A DNA stretch of 64,000 nucleotides from Antedon mediterranea (taxonomy: Eukaryota > Animalia > Echinodermata), in the NCBI RefSeq assembly GCF_964355755.1, contig NC_092671.1:40186304-40250303 (forward strand). Reading direction: 5' to 3'. Shown piece by piece: positions 1-18,600 of the stretch. The notes below the pieces were generated by a model. The model was not told where the DNA came from. It made no database searches and saw only the letters and a program-made list of their open reading frames with translations. Both the position numbers and the translations under genes were made by a program. Numbering within the stretch: position 1 is the first letter of the stretch; the number at the start of each line of letters is the position of its first letter.

Positions 1-3122
<3,122 letters not shown>

Positions 3123-3414
3123 AGATTTTGACAGAATCAAGAGGTAATAATATACCATACTTTATATACTTTTTTTTTTTTTTTTTTTTTCCCTTATTTT
3201 AATCTTTTTTTCTTATTTTAACCTTTTTTTCTTTTTTTTCTTATTTTAACCTTTTTTCAGGTTTATGTCTTCAAGTAATTTGTACTAAAAATTACTGAAT
3301 GTAGGGTTATTGTTTTGTATTTCCTGTAAATACTAACATATTTATTTTTTATAATTAACTGTGTTATGTGCAAATCTGCATGATCAATTAACATGAAATA
3401 TTTTATCTTTACAG

Positions 3415-3615
3415 TAATGCATAGACGGTTACCACAATACACGAATCGACGTCGATGGACGCAAGCACAAGGGTCGCTGACCCGGACAATAAGCGAGCCC
3501 CTTTTGCCAGGTAGTTATTCTACCTTAGGTAGGATGGGGCATAGATTCCCCCGTCAGTTATCCTCTACCCCCCTCACAGATTGTATCAGCACCGCATCCC
3601 TAGATATATCAGCAG
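3415..3615 (+). CDS. SHANK: SHANK exon after the ankyrin repeats
   Basis: tttacag acceptor; VMHRRLPQYTNRRR..LTRTISEP resembles SHANK VPFRETPSYAKRRR..LQRSASD. Phase-1 donors possible after 3510, 3528 or 3615. Confidence 0.65.
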
Positions 3616-6600
3616 GTGAGATCGGTGTGTTATACAGGCTCCTATGTCAGTCGCCTCTAACAAGTTGTCATTGCTGTTTAGTGTTCATTTACAATTTTTC
3701 TTTCATTTTTTATGCAAATTGGAACAACCTAAATTCTTAATTTCTAAATTATATGTTGACTAACATCTGAGTTGATTTATGTTTTTCAAAAAAAATTATT
3801 CCATGAAAAATTTTTTTCTTCAAATTGTTGTATTCAAATTTTCTAAATTATTATTTGGTATTAATTTAAATATATTATTTTTTTATGAAATTTGCAAGCA
3901 TTTTTATTGGAAATTTTGCATGGCATTAAAATTGGATTAAAATGTATGTGTGTATCTTGATGACATAGGAGTTGAACTCACTTGATTGTGATTTCATGCA
4001 CTAACCGCTCGTATTGCACTCACACATAGCTATTGCACGTATTTCTTCATGCGCTAACAAATCCTAATTGATATAAGGGTATGTTCAGACTATAAATGTA
4101 TTTCTCTACAGAATATTGAATACATCTATAATCAATTCACACTACAAGTTTTTAACGAAAACCTATCAACTGGACCAGTAAAAAATTCAATTTACCTTAA
4201 TACTAAAATGGATGGAAATTAATTCCTCCAAGAAATTATACAAATAACATTATCATGTTTGTAATATATTGGTATATTTATTGATATGCTGATTTAAAAG
4301 ATGTGATTAAACTGCTGGTTTCTAAATTCATTGGTCAACGAGCATTATATTGAAAATACAAAATAGTCTGAACACACTTGAATATTTGACTTGTTGCCAA
4401 AAAAAATGTACTATTTATATGCACTAGTATCTGCATAGTGATTTGAATGAATCGCCAAGAATATAGTGCAATATAGTGCATATTCAATGGCCACACATTC
4501 AATAGTTCATGAGCATGCTCTAATTGCATTACTAACCCTGGTGGCAGTAGATAGGTTTCTTAGAATATTAGTTTTAGAAGGTTTGAGATATTAGCCTATA
4601 TCCTAGATAGAAAAACAGAGATTATTATTTTCCATCTCCCTAGCATGATATTAAAACAGTAGTATATTAAAATACCTTTATAGATTAAAATATTTCCCTT
4701 AGAAGTATTTTGAATAGAGCTTATTATATTGGTGAAACAACAATTTTAATCTGTCAAACTAGACTGATGACTCTATGTAGCTTAGTGTTCTTAGATACAA
4801 TATAGATATAAATATAATATAATCCTATGCTTTTAACAGTGACCCATTTGTCTTGGAGTGTATAACCCTGTTGTTAGTACTTATCCTCATACTCAACTTT
4901 GTGTGAACAAAAGGTAGTATAGAATGTTTATATACCTGGATATAGGCAGTGGGAGTGAAAAGGACTTTGATAATAGCCGACTGTTTTCAATGATAGGATA
5001 TGTACAGTAGTAGTACAATCTGTTTACTTATCACCTTACATTGCAGAATTGTTTAAAATCAGTCGTGCGGTTTATATACATCTAATAAATTTGTCCGTTG
5101 AGAATATAGGATTGGTATGTGATTATGAAATGGAACTAAACTATTTTGTTAAAATTAAAGACAATAAATATTATTATTCTGGAAAGATTAATGTAATGAG
5201 AAAACATTGAAACTAGAACTAATAATAAGAATTATAATTATTAGTATATTTATAATTATGAATTTATAGTGAATGCATATTTTTATTACCAAAACATGAT
5301 AAATATAATATTTATTTGGTTAAAAAGTACAAAAGACGATAAAGTCTACAATTTAGGACATCCGGCCTATCAACAATTTTAACTAATGACTATAGCATTT
5401 CAAGTTGATCTAACACCAAAATATTGACATACAAACATTTAAATGAACATAGAATCGGTATAAATATGAATTTTAGAAAGGGACCATCTAGAACTACAGA
5501 ATTTATAATTTATTCATAATTTATGATTTATGTGATACCACAAACGTATGACAGTTCATTTTGACGTGTTTCACAAATTATGGTTTTAATCAAGGTAAAA
5601 GCTTACCAATATATTTTAGTACGTAGGCAGATTCACAATTACGCCAAAGAGGTATATGCTGGTAGTTTCTGATTTATTCATCTATATTTGACGTATCTGG
5701 ATTGTTTATGCAGTATAAATTGCTACTGTGTTTCATTGTGGGTTCTTGTCGTCTTTCACGTCAATGTCGGACAATCCTTACGGCTGAATTAATTAAATAA
5801 ATACAATTCTACCTTTAGTATGTACAATGTTAGGTTATGCTTTATTTTATAGTTTTACATTAATGCAATTCATTCATTTTAATGTTACTCATTATCATCA
5901 TTTTTCATTTATATAATCATTTCATATTTCATCATTATTATTATTATGATTTATAAATCCTACATGTATATACAAAATGTCATGTTGATATTGTAACGTT
6001 TTATTACACTATTATATTTTATGCTGTATTTTCACACTATAATACACTGCATTACACTCTTACAGTCTTATACTGTATATATATATCTTGTATACTTTGC
6101 TCTTCTGTATTCTTTTTAACTATTTCTCTATAATACAGTCAACTCTGAAACTCTTACTCTCCATATACCATGCCAGAAACTCTGCAAAAAATAAGGGCGA
6201 ATAAAGAAATTATTATGGACTAGTAATTTACATGGTCAACAAAAAGTATTCATGAGCTAGGCCTATTTACCAGTGTTTTCGCTACTGGTTACTAGTTTTT
6301 AAAGAAACACTTCAGGAAAACGTTGTTTTCATACCTTACAAACCACACTTGCTATGGGCTTGTATGTATTCTGAAAACCACACTTTCCTGACAAAAAAAA
6401 GAGACATTTTACCAGACCAAGGGTATCCAAATGTTGAGTTGACTGTAATAATATTCTTTCTTTGTATAATTCTTTCTTCTCACTGTTCACTTCTTTTTTC
6501 ACTTGGTTCTTCAAGACGGTACAAGATCTCTACGAGCCTCACCATCTTCAGCACTACTGCACCCCTCTGTCGTCAACGGTAGTAGTGTATGTTACATTGC

Positions 6601-9600
6601 TGTAAAGACCTATAGGGGCTTGCAACCGGGGGAACTGTCGCTAACTAAAGGCGATATCGTACAAGGTATACTAACTTAAATCAATTTATTTTGCTTTACT
6701 AACACTACATGTATTTGGAGTGCAAAACAATATGATAGCCTAGCCCTCATGCATAAATATTGTAAAATGTCTTGGTTGTGGTTCTTTTTATGTATATTCT
6801 TTTGCCGTTCAAATGCAGTTTTATTCAGTTAAAGGGTGGTTTTCAGTTTCAAAGGGGCTGTGGTTTTCAGTTTCAAAGGGGCTGTTATTTAATGCAAGCC
6901 ATTTCTAGTTCTGTATTTTTAGTATATTTTTCCCTTTGTATAATCAGTGTGATTTATTTAAAATTAGAGTTCTCTTATACAAAACAATGTTGTGCAGTGT
7001 TTTTGTGAAGGGGGGGGGGGGGGAGGAGGTTTGGGGAATCAACTCTGATAAGTATACAAGAGAGATTTAAAAAAAATTTATCATTTACACTTAAATTACA
7101 TTAAGTTGTAATTCTAAGATTTATGTATTAATTTTAAATCACATGCATCATCGGATTACTGCCATTTGAAGATATTAACATTCAAATGTGAATAAAACTC
7201 TTAATGGTATTAAAAGATGAATAAATCTGCAGTAAAATACAGATATAGTTTAGTACAATTTTACACTGTGAACGTTTCTTTTGAAATGAAAGAATTACTA
7301 TCCACCTACAACCTTGGTTGTTTTGTACAATAATTGATAAGTAGGATAAATCTGGATTATCCAATCTGTATGTACTGTAGGCCTTAAATAATGCTATTCT
7401 ATATTGTTGAACTTTAATATAAAACCTTCAGATATAAAATTCACAAATTGTATGTTCTGTTCATGCTGTTTTGTGACAAAAAAAATTCCCTATTAAGTAA
7501 CTGCATGCAGTTTTTTTTAAAGCATAAGACCACTTAAAGACCAAATACTATACTAGTGATGAATACGTTTAGAACAAATACCCAAGTTGAATAGAAAGTA
7601 TTAAGCACTCTAAAGCTCTGTCTAAACTATCAAACTTTATGTGACAAAAAAATGTGATGGGCCCATTATATGGACATGATGATGTCATATTACTACCTTA
7701 TTTGGGTATATCGCTACCATACCTTGGGAACATCACACTTTTCTTTGTCAAACTAGTTTGATAGTGTGGACAGAGCTTTATACATTACAATGCAGTTGAT
7801 ACATAATTTGTATATTTCTTGACATTTTTATTTTAGTGACAAACAGAACAGATGAGAGTTACTGGGAGGGAAGTGTTGGACATGCACATGGAGTGTTTCC
7901 AGCATATTGCGTTGATAAAGTTGTCATGCGAGGTACGTGCTATGTGATATCATTTGTTACCTTTAATAAATAAAAATGATGGTTCATAGCTGAAAATAAG
8001 AAAGTTACCTTCATTTTGTGTAGAAAGAGGAGAGTATAATTGTATTAAAATTGTACAGCTTTAGCTTGGTGGTTAACATGTTTGCCAACCAGAAACATTG
8101 ATTTTTGCCTTTAAATGCATGTGTGAAATAATTTTTGTTTAATGTATTATGATTACATTGTAGATGTACTATACAATAATTATATTTCAATAATGTACAA
8201 TTTTGAACTCTGTTTATTATGGCACTGGGAGGTCTACAAATTTACCTCTGCTTGCAATCTGCAGATATTTACTTTTCTTTTCAAAACAACATCTGTAAAC
8301 ATCATGTTTTGATGAGCACTGTAAACTTTCACTTTTAGTTATACTTTGTTGGTATATAAGCATCGATTGATTTAAATTAAAGAACACATGCTTAAGTTCC
8401 AGCTGTCTTTGGCACCTGAATAGAAACGTTCTTTTATTGTAAAAATCTCAAATTTCAATAAACTTCAAATTTAACCTATTTGTACACAATTTGAAATAAA
8501 AGAACTTTTCTAATTGTTTATCCTGTCTAGATAATATTTTGTTTAAGAATATTTAATTAATATTTATTCAAAATATAATTATTTATGTATACTTTTAATT
8601 TGATCTGAGATTGTGAATAAAGTTATTCTTAATTATAAAATGTCTTCATATATTGTATATAAAAATGTATGCAACAGAAGTTGTAGTAATATGCAAATAC
8701 TATGATTGAATTTTGTCGTGAATAATTGACAAATTATCACAGCCTGCCCTCTATAAATGTTTAACTTTGTGGTTAAGGCAAGCCCATTTTGCTTCTACGT
8801 GTATAGAAGAATATAAACTATGTATTTTCTTTTGAATACCAAAATAATAAAATTGTTTATGATTATGTATGAATCATGTTAAAATGTATTGTTAAACCCC
8901 AAACCAATAATTCAGTTGAATATTGTAATGAGATCAGTGAAGCGTATCAATTATTCATCCACCAATAGGCAGCTTATCTATTTAGAGTTAGTACAGAGTA
9001 GTAAGTTGACATTCATTCGTGGTTTAGTTACCGGTAGGTGGTAGAATGGTAGATGGTGCTTGATAGGTAGACAGACCTACAGGGTTACTGCTGTGTCTGT
9101 TATGAGGGTTTCTTTGCAAGCTTCTTGCTGCGTTCATTTGGATTTGTTTACTTCTTAGTCTTTCATCATGTTAAAATTTGTGGTTTACTCCACAGGCAAG
9201 AAGGTGGAAGCAGACACTATATCACTGTCTGTTGGATCAGATTCAAGCTCCACTTCTGGGTAAGTTGCAACATTATATCTAAATTATTTTTAGACATTAA
9301 TTTCAGAATTATAATTTGGAATTTTTTCTTTTTCTGTTCACATAATATAACAATTCTGATGAATTTATGCAGCTTTAACACGCTTGCTCTATCCACCTGA
9401 AATGTACATTTAGAAGAATAACGGATTAAAATAATTACAGTATATTTATGTTTGTTAAATGTACATCCTGCAATGAAATTCACTTGTTTTGAAGTTTAAT
9501 CATTATGCTGTAGTTTTAAATTTGATTTATTTTATACATTTTTTACTCTATGTTCAAATATGATTTTTATGACTTTTTGTTTTCTTTTTTGTTCTGAAGT

Positions 9601-12600
9601 GAATTTTGTATTATACAGTATTATAAACTTACAGTATTCTAAATAATTTAAACTGTAAACTATTAAAAATGAGAAAACTACAAGTAAACTAATGAAGCAT
9701 AGCAAAAGACAAGTCACCTTTTGTGCACCTTGGATCATATGAATGAAATACAATAGGGACGTGGTGGTTTAAACTTTACTTGCGTTATTCAAATAATGTA
9801 TTCATTCATATACTACGTGTGTACATTAATATTTAGCATGGTACAGTAGTAGGGGAATTAGTTTTACAAATAATCACGAAAATATTGTACTACTTTAGTG
9901 AATTATTCATTCATGAGATACTCTGTGGTTTTTTAAATGCCATGGTGTTGCCAGATTGGAATAGAACTTCTTGATAAAGTTTAGCTGTACAGTAGACTAG
10001 TTTGAAGCAAGTAATTCCATACATTAACTGATTACATTGTCAAACTAACGGATTTGATAATTGAATTAAATGTACAGATTGGATGGCTTTTGACTTTCTG
10101 CTTTCAAACCATTTATCAACCTTCTTTCGGTCTTGAACTGAGATGTCACTGCAGAAAGATAAAGTGATATATGAATAATTTATCTCACTTAAAATGGAAC
10201 ATAAATGCTGCGGAATAAATTTATCGTGAGATAAGCTTTTAATATTCACAGTTTTTCTGAATGATGCAAACATTAAAATTAGAATGTAAGACTTTTAAAG
10301 AACTGAGATATACCATCTGTTACAGTATGCTTCCTATAGTATCATGTACATTTTAGATTATCTAAATTGTTGAATATGATATATTAAAAGATATAATTAA
10401 ATTTTAAACAGCAAACTATTTTGAGATATATGCATCTGTACTACATCTTGTTTACAAATAACTGTCCTGGTAATAAAGTATTATTACCCATTTCACTTTG
10501 TGTCTGGTGTTTACATACACTTGTGTGCAGACCATACAAAACTCCATGTAGTTAAATTATTAATTTAAATGGTAGATTCAGTTGATCACTTAATTCTTAA
10601 CCTTGGTACTATACTAATCAAGTTCTTTCTCAGTGGTCAGTCTGTACTTTCATGGACTTTACCAAACTTAAGTTCTTTCTCAGTGGTCAGTCTGTACTTT
10701 ACTGGACTTCTCCATGGATAAACCTAAATCTATTTGGCCTAATTACTATCAATCAACAATGCATGCTCACAACAATATGGCAATGCTATTTTATTCATTT
10801 TGTTGAAAGGAGATGAACCTTTGTGACCTGAAAGGTCATAATGTACAATCACTTTGTTTGTTTCAAGTGTCAGAATAGCAACTCACAAATAATACATTGA
10901 TTAACATTAACATTTGCTGGTATATTGTTTAGAAAGAACATTATTACTTTATATAATTCTATATTCAATTCAACTATATTTCAGCTGTCCATATGCAACA
11001 TATACATACAATCAAAAGAGAAAGAAGTACAAAGCATTATGTGACATATTGGATATTGAAATTTACAGTTTGTTTGGTCATTTTATTTTTCACACCCAAA
11101 GTATAAATGAACTTAAAACATTCACAAGATTTCCTCATCTTTATTATTTATAATTTTTTTTCAAAATAATTTGTATATATCATCATATATCACCAGGCGA
11201 TTTAGAATTTCTTCAGTTCTTGTAATGTTATTTATCAAACAAGTTGTACATATATAAGTGAAATGTAGAGATTGTAAATAAGTATTCTCAGGTTTTTTTT
11301 GTTGATTAAACACTACTTTCTCAGTACTTGATCATTTGTACAAAGACCAACCTCAGAGGCTAAGAATCACCGGTCACTTTCCTTTTTTCTGTTCAAGAAT
11401 CACCAGTCACTTTCTCAATACTGTTACTTTAAAACTTGCATTCTATTTTATCCATTGTACTCTGTCTGTAATCAGTAACTTTAAATTGTTAGGGTGTACT
11501 GTCAATACAAGGACAATCTTAATATCCTTAATTGAAATAGCTTTAAACTTTTGCTTTCAATTCCATCAGTGACTTTTTTTTTAGTTGATCACCTACCAGT
11601 ATTTCTTTAATATTTTAAATAACTATGAATTCCTTGGAAACAAGAGAATAATCCATAACGAAAAATAATTGCCTTAAAGCTTATTCGGATATACGACGGT
11701 AATTAAAAGTTATTACATTTGCACAATAAAATTGTTCCTGAAAATGAAATTTCATTGAACATTTTCTTTTTCATAATGGAAAATTTTATCTAGGTGTAGG
11801 CCTACTGTATGTTGACAAAGTTGTAGTTGTTTAAATTCAGATGGGTTAATTGAAGTAGGATATCTGCTTTGTTTGGCAGTAAAGGAACTGTTTTTATTTG
11901 CTTGATATATTTCACCATTGCTATCACTTTCTTTTTGATAAAGAACAACATGTTTTAGGGTTAAAAAGTGTGGTGGCCACTTCCAACAGTCACTAAAAGT
12001 TCATCAACAACACAAACAAACAGTGCTCGTCACCTATGATCTACTGTATGTCTCTGTCAACATGTGTATAATATGCATGGTTCTAATTGTCAATCAGTTT
12101 TCAGTCTCAAAAAAGGTGGTGAATGAATGAATGGTGAATAAAAGTTCATCATCAACAAAAACAAACAGTGATTATCAGCTAGGAACTATAATTGTACACT
12201 TTGTCTATAAGGATATACTGTACAGTAAGCATTGTGGTCAACTTTTTTGAAATGCATCATGGGTCTCTCATAGAGACCAGCTTGTTAATGAGTTGTGTCA
12301 AAGGTCAGGTAGTTTGCGTCACATAATCAGGTAGTTTGAGTCAGAAACGTCTACAACAGCTTGAGAAAACAATTATTTATTGTCTAGCATAATAATGGTT
12401 CATAGTTGCTTATACAATGTAGAGTGTTGTTGAAATATTAATATGTAGATTAATTCTTGTATCTAATCAATAAATGTGTATACTACGTACTGTTCTGATT
12501 TGTTTATAGAGATTTTCAGAAAGACTCTAATGCCAATGCAGGTTGAAAATAATCTAAAAACTACAGAAGTTATGTTTAAAATTAACGGTACATTTCCGTT

Positions 12601-15600
12601 GTATCAAATAAATAATTGCCTTGACCATTTAAATGAAAGAAATTCAAACAATTCCACTTGCAGTCCCCAAGAAGCAGATATTAACTGCCCACAAGTGGAC
12701 AGACATTTTGAGATCCCATTGGGAACGACACCAGTCTGCTGTCCAAAACGTTAAACTTGTCATTGCTGGTAGAGAACTTACTGTATCTATTTATTGAAAC
12801 ATACATTTCTACAAATATTGATTGTCTTCTGTTTCTGGAAAGGTGTAAAGAACTTGACCTAAACCTGACCCCAATCTCATATTTAATATGTATGAAATAT
12901 TATATGTGATGCTGAAGAAGGAGTTGACATTTCCTGTCTCTGATGGGACTTGTAAAATGTGTCGCCTGAGGCTTTAAATTGTTTGTCAGTTCTTGTGGTA
13001 AATTAACTCTTGTGTCTGCTTTTGATTGATGTTTTTATCTAAATTAAAATAATGTACTTTTAATTATTAAATATGTTTTATTGTCTTGTTTTGTTCTTTT
13101 GTCAGATCCATGACAGTCTTCTTTCTCCATGCTTCTCTATTTAGTATTTCTTCTTTTAGTTCCAAATGTATTTTTATTTTTTAATCTATCAAGCATAGCT
13201 CTCCTTTTCCTTCCTCTTCTTGTTTACCTTCATATCTTCCTTCTATCGCAATTTTATATTTTTTTAGTATTTACAATTATTTTTTTTTATCTGATGATCC
13301 TCATTTTTATTAGCAGATATTATGCATTGTAATTGTCATCTTCATTCTGTTTTTGGCATTCATTGTTTTACAAAAATTCATCTGTACTCTTGTAGATTCA
13401 ATCAATGTGCTGTTTCCAATTGTGTTCAGGTGTTATTATATCTGGCAAATTCAGTTTATACTTAGTTTAGTTTCGGTGGTCTGTGATTTTACGTCTGCTT
13501 GCTTAGTCATCAAACTAAAATAGGTGTAACCCTGACTTTGGTGGGTTTCTGTTGCAGGGGAGACTAAACATGAATCATTCAGTAAATATTGTTTGATTGT
13601 TGATCATTTGCCTTTAAGGATTTTCTGATGGCTGTACTCTTTGTTGGTTACAATTGATACTGACTTAAATAATCAATGGATTGTAGACCACTGTTTCCCA
13701 TGAGTTGTAGTTTAATGGCTATTGTTAAAAAAAGAAAGACTATAAAAGCTAATTGTATTGATTTTCTGTAAAAGTGCAGTAAGAGTTTTGTTGTTATAAA
13801 ACCACTGAAGGAAGCTACATGTTCAGTTACTGATTGTAATAAACACAATCAACCAATTGCTTTATGGGAAAGAAAAGATAATTAGCAACAACTTTATGAA
13901 AAACATTAATTACGATGTAGTCGTACCTTGGCCTTTAAGTTCTTAGCTCATACTGATGTGAGAGAGTAAAAATTATAAAAAGCAACTAAAATTATAACTT
14001 CCTTTATTATATAAATTATAATATTGTATTGTAATATTTGAAATCGCCATGGAAACATATTGTAACTAAAGGCCATTAAATTCCTTTTGTATAGAAGGAA
14101 GTAAAATGGCATAAAAATGCTATAAAAATGATAATTATTAAATAAAGAGTAAATAATGCGAGTGAATAAGCCACCCTGGACAAGATTTAAATAAATGATT
14201 ACGGCAACAAGCGATAACAATAATACCTTTCCAATAATAACATCCACATAAAGAATATAAAATATACCAGCATCATCAAACTACGTCAGGTGATTAAAAT
14301 ACCTACAGGTGGCGTAGAACAAGACACCACCCAACGGTGACTCACAACTAGTCTTGTTTATCCATCTCACGCTTCCCCATAAATTCTATTTTAATTATTC
14401 AATACAATTACTGTATTTTCCAGAATTTCATTGATTTCGTGGAACATTTTTTATAGCTTCCTCATCTCAACCCGAGAGTGTAATTGGTAGATTTCTAAGT
14501 TACATTTCTTTAGAATTTAATCTGGTAGTACATGATAGAACGAAGGTATTTCATGTATTTCAGTTACTTGATATGCTTTCATTGATAAGTTCAGCTTTTA
14601 ATGTCTGCCAGCAAAAGATATTATATGTAGCATTTGTATCTGCTCATTCTTGCCTCATCATGGAATGAGCTTAGTAGTAAACTAAACGATGTAATACTGT
14701 ATGTTGAATTTGATTTGTTTTAGATTTTTGTCCCTAATAGTGAAAAAGATCTACTACTTAGCAAGTATTATTTATTTTGTCCGTTTTCTTTCTGAATCTG
14801 AAATTCGGGGAAATCAAGATCGATCGATCACACATTCTTACAAGTGTGTCAACTGTGCAAGAGTTCAAATAGACACCTAAACATTTAATCATGATCATGA
14901 TTAAATCATTTCATTTTTGAAAGATCACAAATGAGTATACTTAATGCAACAGAAACATACCTTGTTAATTCCACTTAGGCACGTATGTTGTGAAGGTATT
15001 AATTAATATTTATCTCTACATAGAGCATGCATGTTATGTTATATTGGATAGAATTAATATTTATCACTTTGCTTCTATTTATAGGAATGTCATCATTGCA
15101 TTATGATGGTAGATAATATCATATTCCAGTTTGGGGGATTTTAAGAAACCTATTAATTAATATTTATTAAGTAGGCCTATTCATAGCTTAATTAGAATGC
15201 TAGGATTTAGAAGTAATGCAAACGAAACAGAGTATTTGAAACCTTTTGTCATTGCTTTTAAATTGACAATTGGTTTGTTTTCATTTCAAGTAACAATACT
15301 ATTGTCACTTAAAAATATTATTTTAGAAATTATTTTGTTTAGTATATAAACAATTTATTTACAAATTCACAATTTGAATTATCTGAAGGTTTTTGTCTGA
15401 CAGATGCAGTCTTGTCATTGGTATACCAGTTAAGCTTGGTTCCCACTAGAACGTAACGCAAGGACGTAAACGCAACGCAACCGTTTTAACCAATGACAAG
15501 CGAAGTTATAGACAGTTAGCAATCACAAGCGAATAAGCCATCGCTTGTGATTGGTCAATTCACTTGCGTTGCGTTACGTCCTTGTGTTGCGTCACTAGTG

Positions 15601-18600
15601 GGAACCACGCTTTATTTTTATACCAGCATTATATAATGATATGTATTAAATATACATATTTATAAGCTACTCTTTGAAGCTTATAACACCAGTTTAGACT
15701 TAAGTATAGCTGTGAAATAAGATTGTGTATACTCCATAATATAACAATTTGTTTGATATAACCTATTTTGGTTTTAATGATATTATTTTTTTTACTTTGC
15801 TGTTCTTAAATGGGTTTTACTTATATATAATTATGCAATGACGACTAGGTTATTACCCCATGTTTTCACAGACATTGTAAATGAGTTGTTAATTTAGAAG
15901 GACTTATGGTGCATTAACACGTTTACTTCAACCATTTTATTTCCTTCATGTTTCTACAATCCCATTATAATTGGGTTTAAAAATAAACTGTACTCATTTT
16001 ATTGTACTTATTTACCAATTGTCTTTTGTATTAATAAGGAAATTATGCAATTAAATGAAGTAAAAGTACATATCCCAAGTGAAATATTATAGGGGTTTTT
16101 TTCAAAACATTTATCTGTTTATTGAACTGAACAAAGGATGGGCGATTTTCTTCCACTTTTATTTTAATTAGCTAACAATAGTAAATGAGATATATCCAAC
16201 ACTCTTATAACATTGACAAACAATACATCTACCTGTCACATTTTGTTCATTGCTGGATTGTACAGTTATTTAGTTCAATGCCATGCACCTTGCAGGATTT
16301 GTCAGAAATCATAATGTATCTGTTTTTTCTCTGAATTTATAACTCTATTTCAGTTTGATAAGTTCAACTATAGGTCATTTATAATTTAATTAATAATTCA
16401 TAGAATGGCTGTATTCACACATTAAACTTTGAGGTAATTGTTATCAAACTTTCCCAATAGTGGTTATGACATTAGTTGGATCAAAATTTACTTCATAATT
16501 ATGTCCACTTTTAATACTGATATTAAATAAAAATTTAAAAAAAAAAATTTCTTTTAGTGGTGCAACGTATGAACACATCCTGAAGACTGTTACCATAAAA
16601 CGAGGCAAGAAGGGATTTGGATTTGTTCTACGTGGCGCAAAGAGTAAGTACCCATCCTTTTTCAGAGTCTATCCACCTCAATAGATAGATATCTCTTCAA
16701 GAGGACATTTTATTGTATAATTTTCTTTTTTCAGATCAATCTAAAAAAGCTACAGAGCATACGTATATAAACAGTAAGAAACATGTATTAGTTTAAGCAC
16801 AGGTGATGGAGCATTTAATTAGATTATAATGGGAACAAGTTTACCCATGTTTTAATAATATTAATATATATTATCAATGAGAGGCTCGACCAAAAGCTTA
16901 AAAATGACACACAAGTTTATCCCTCTTGTGTGCCATAGCATTTTAAAATAAAATGTTATGCATTTTGGAAAAACACTGAAAGTTGGAAAAGCAGCTGATA
17001 TAATCTACTTGTTTAAACCATGGAGGGTTTTTCCTCCATGTTTAAACTAAATGTTATTAAATTTGCTCTCTAACATTTAGCTTCACATATTGTATTTTAA
17101 AAATATTGTGCACATATAAGTAAGCTACAGTACTAACTAGATGGGCTTATTTAGCATAACAAAATATCGTTAAAACAATTTACAACACTGTACCTTGGAT
17201 GATAATAGATGAATAATTATGAGTACATAACTTAACTAATACTGTACTATTCATATATATTTACTATTTCGCATTAAATAATTAAAAAAATTTTGGCCTA
17301 ATCTGCCGTAAATTGCTCTCTATACCAAGTACATTTAAGAACACTCCCCTCAAGATTTTTTTTCCGAAAATGTTCTTAAATCTAACAAAGTTACTTCCTA
17401 ATGCAAAGCTAATTCAAAGTACTATATTTTATAGATTTAAGCTCAAATAGCTACTTTTATTCTTGAAAGAACCTCAATGCATAGTTACTTTATTAAAAAA
17501 TTATGGTAATTATTTGAATTACTAATAACTAATTCATCTAAAATATAAATACAAACCGTGACAAACTGTGTGTACTACAAATAAATCTGACACTTACATT
17601 AATGATTGTTTGTTTGTTTTCAGGTAAAAATGACATGGTATTTAAGCCAACGTCAGAGAACCCAGCACTGCAGTATCTGGACTCAGTTGACCAGGGTAGC
17701 AATGCTGAAAAGGCTGGCCTAAAACCTGGCGACTTTCTTCTAGAGGTTTGTTTACATTGTTACTATATGCCATGATCATTTTCTAGTTTAGTAACTAAAC
17801 ATTTACAGTCGGCCGTAGCGAAAAGTTAAAAACAGACGAGGCAAAGACGCTTTAAATATAATTATTTATATAAAATATGACAATTGTGCTGGGAAATTGG
17901 GGTGGGTGGTGACAATTTAAAATGTCTGCATATGCTGGCTACAGTCCTGGTTAAAAAGTGAACCCTAGGTTCTTAGAACAGTTCATTGTCATGAGTGAAT
18001 ATTTAAGTTTAATCCATGGGAATATTGCAGGTTAAATTACCTCATAATTAATTTATTTCTAAAGTGTGGTTTTGATACAAAAATACCATTTTCATCTGTT
18101 TTCATTTCAATCATGTAGGATATCCGACTTTTTATGCAAACAATTATTGTTTGTCACAAATAATATTTGAAATGCAAGTTTGCATAATATTAATCTACAT
18201 ATTTTGTTTTATTATGTATCACAAAATTAATAAAATGATATTTTACAAATAAGAAAATACTGTCTTCCTCCAATTGACAGTAATTCTACATGACTCAATG
18301 TAAACAAATGTAAATGAGCTTAATAATGACCACACCCTAAATGAGTAAACGCTCCACATCTTTCATCCTCCTCCTCACGTAATTAAAAATAAAAGCATCA
18401 ATGATTGCTCTTAAGAATAGGCATTTCTTAGATTGCCTTTGCCATTATTGTTGACGTCATTTGGATTTACTTCGTTAAATGAAAAGTGGGCTAAATTAAT
18501 TGCAATCTTAATTTGTATATATTGCCTATATCCTACACCAACTGTAAATTATGTTTATAAAAATAAATAAATGTCACAAAATTAAAGATTTCATAATTAT

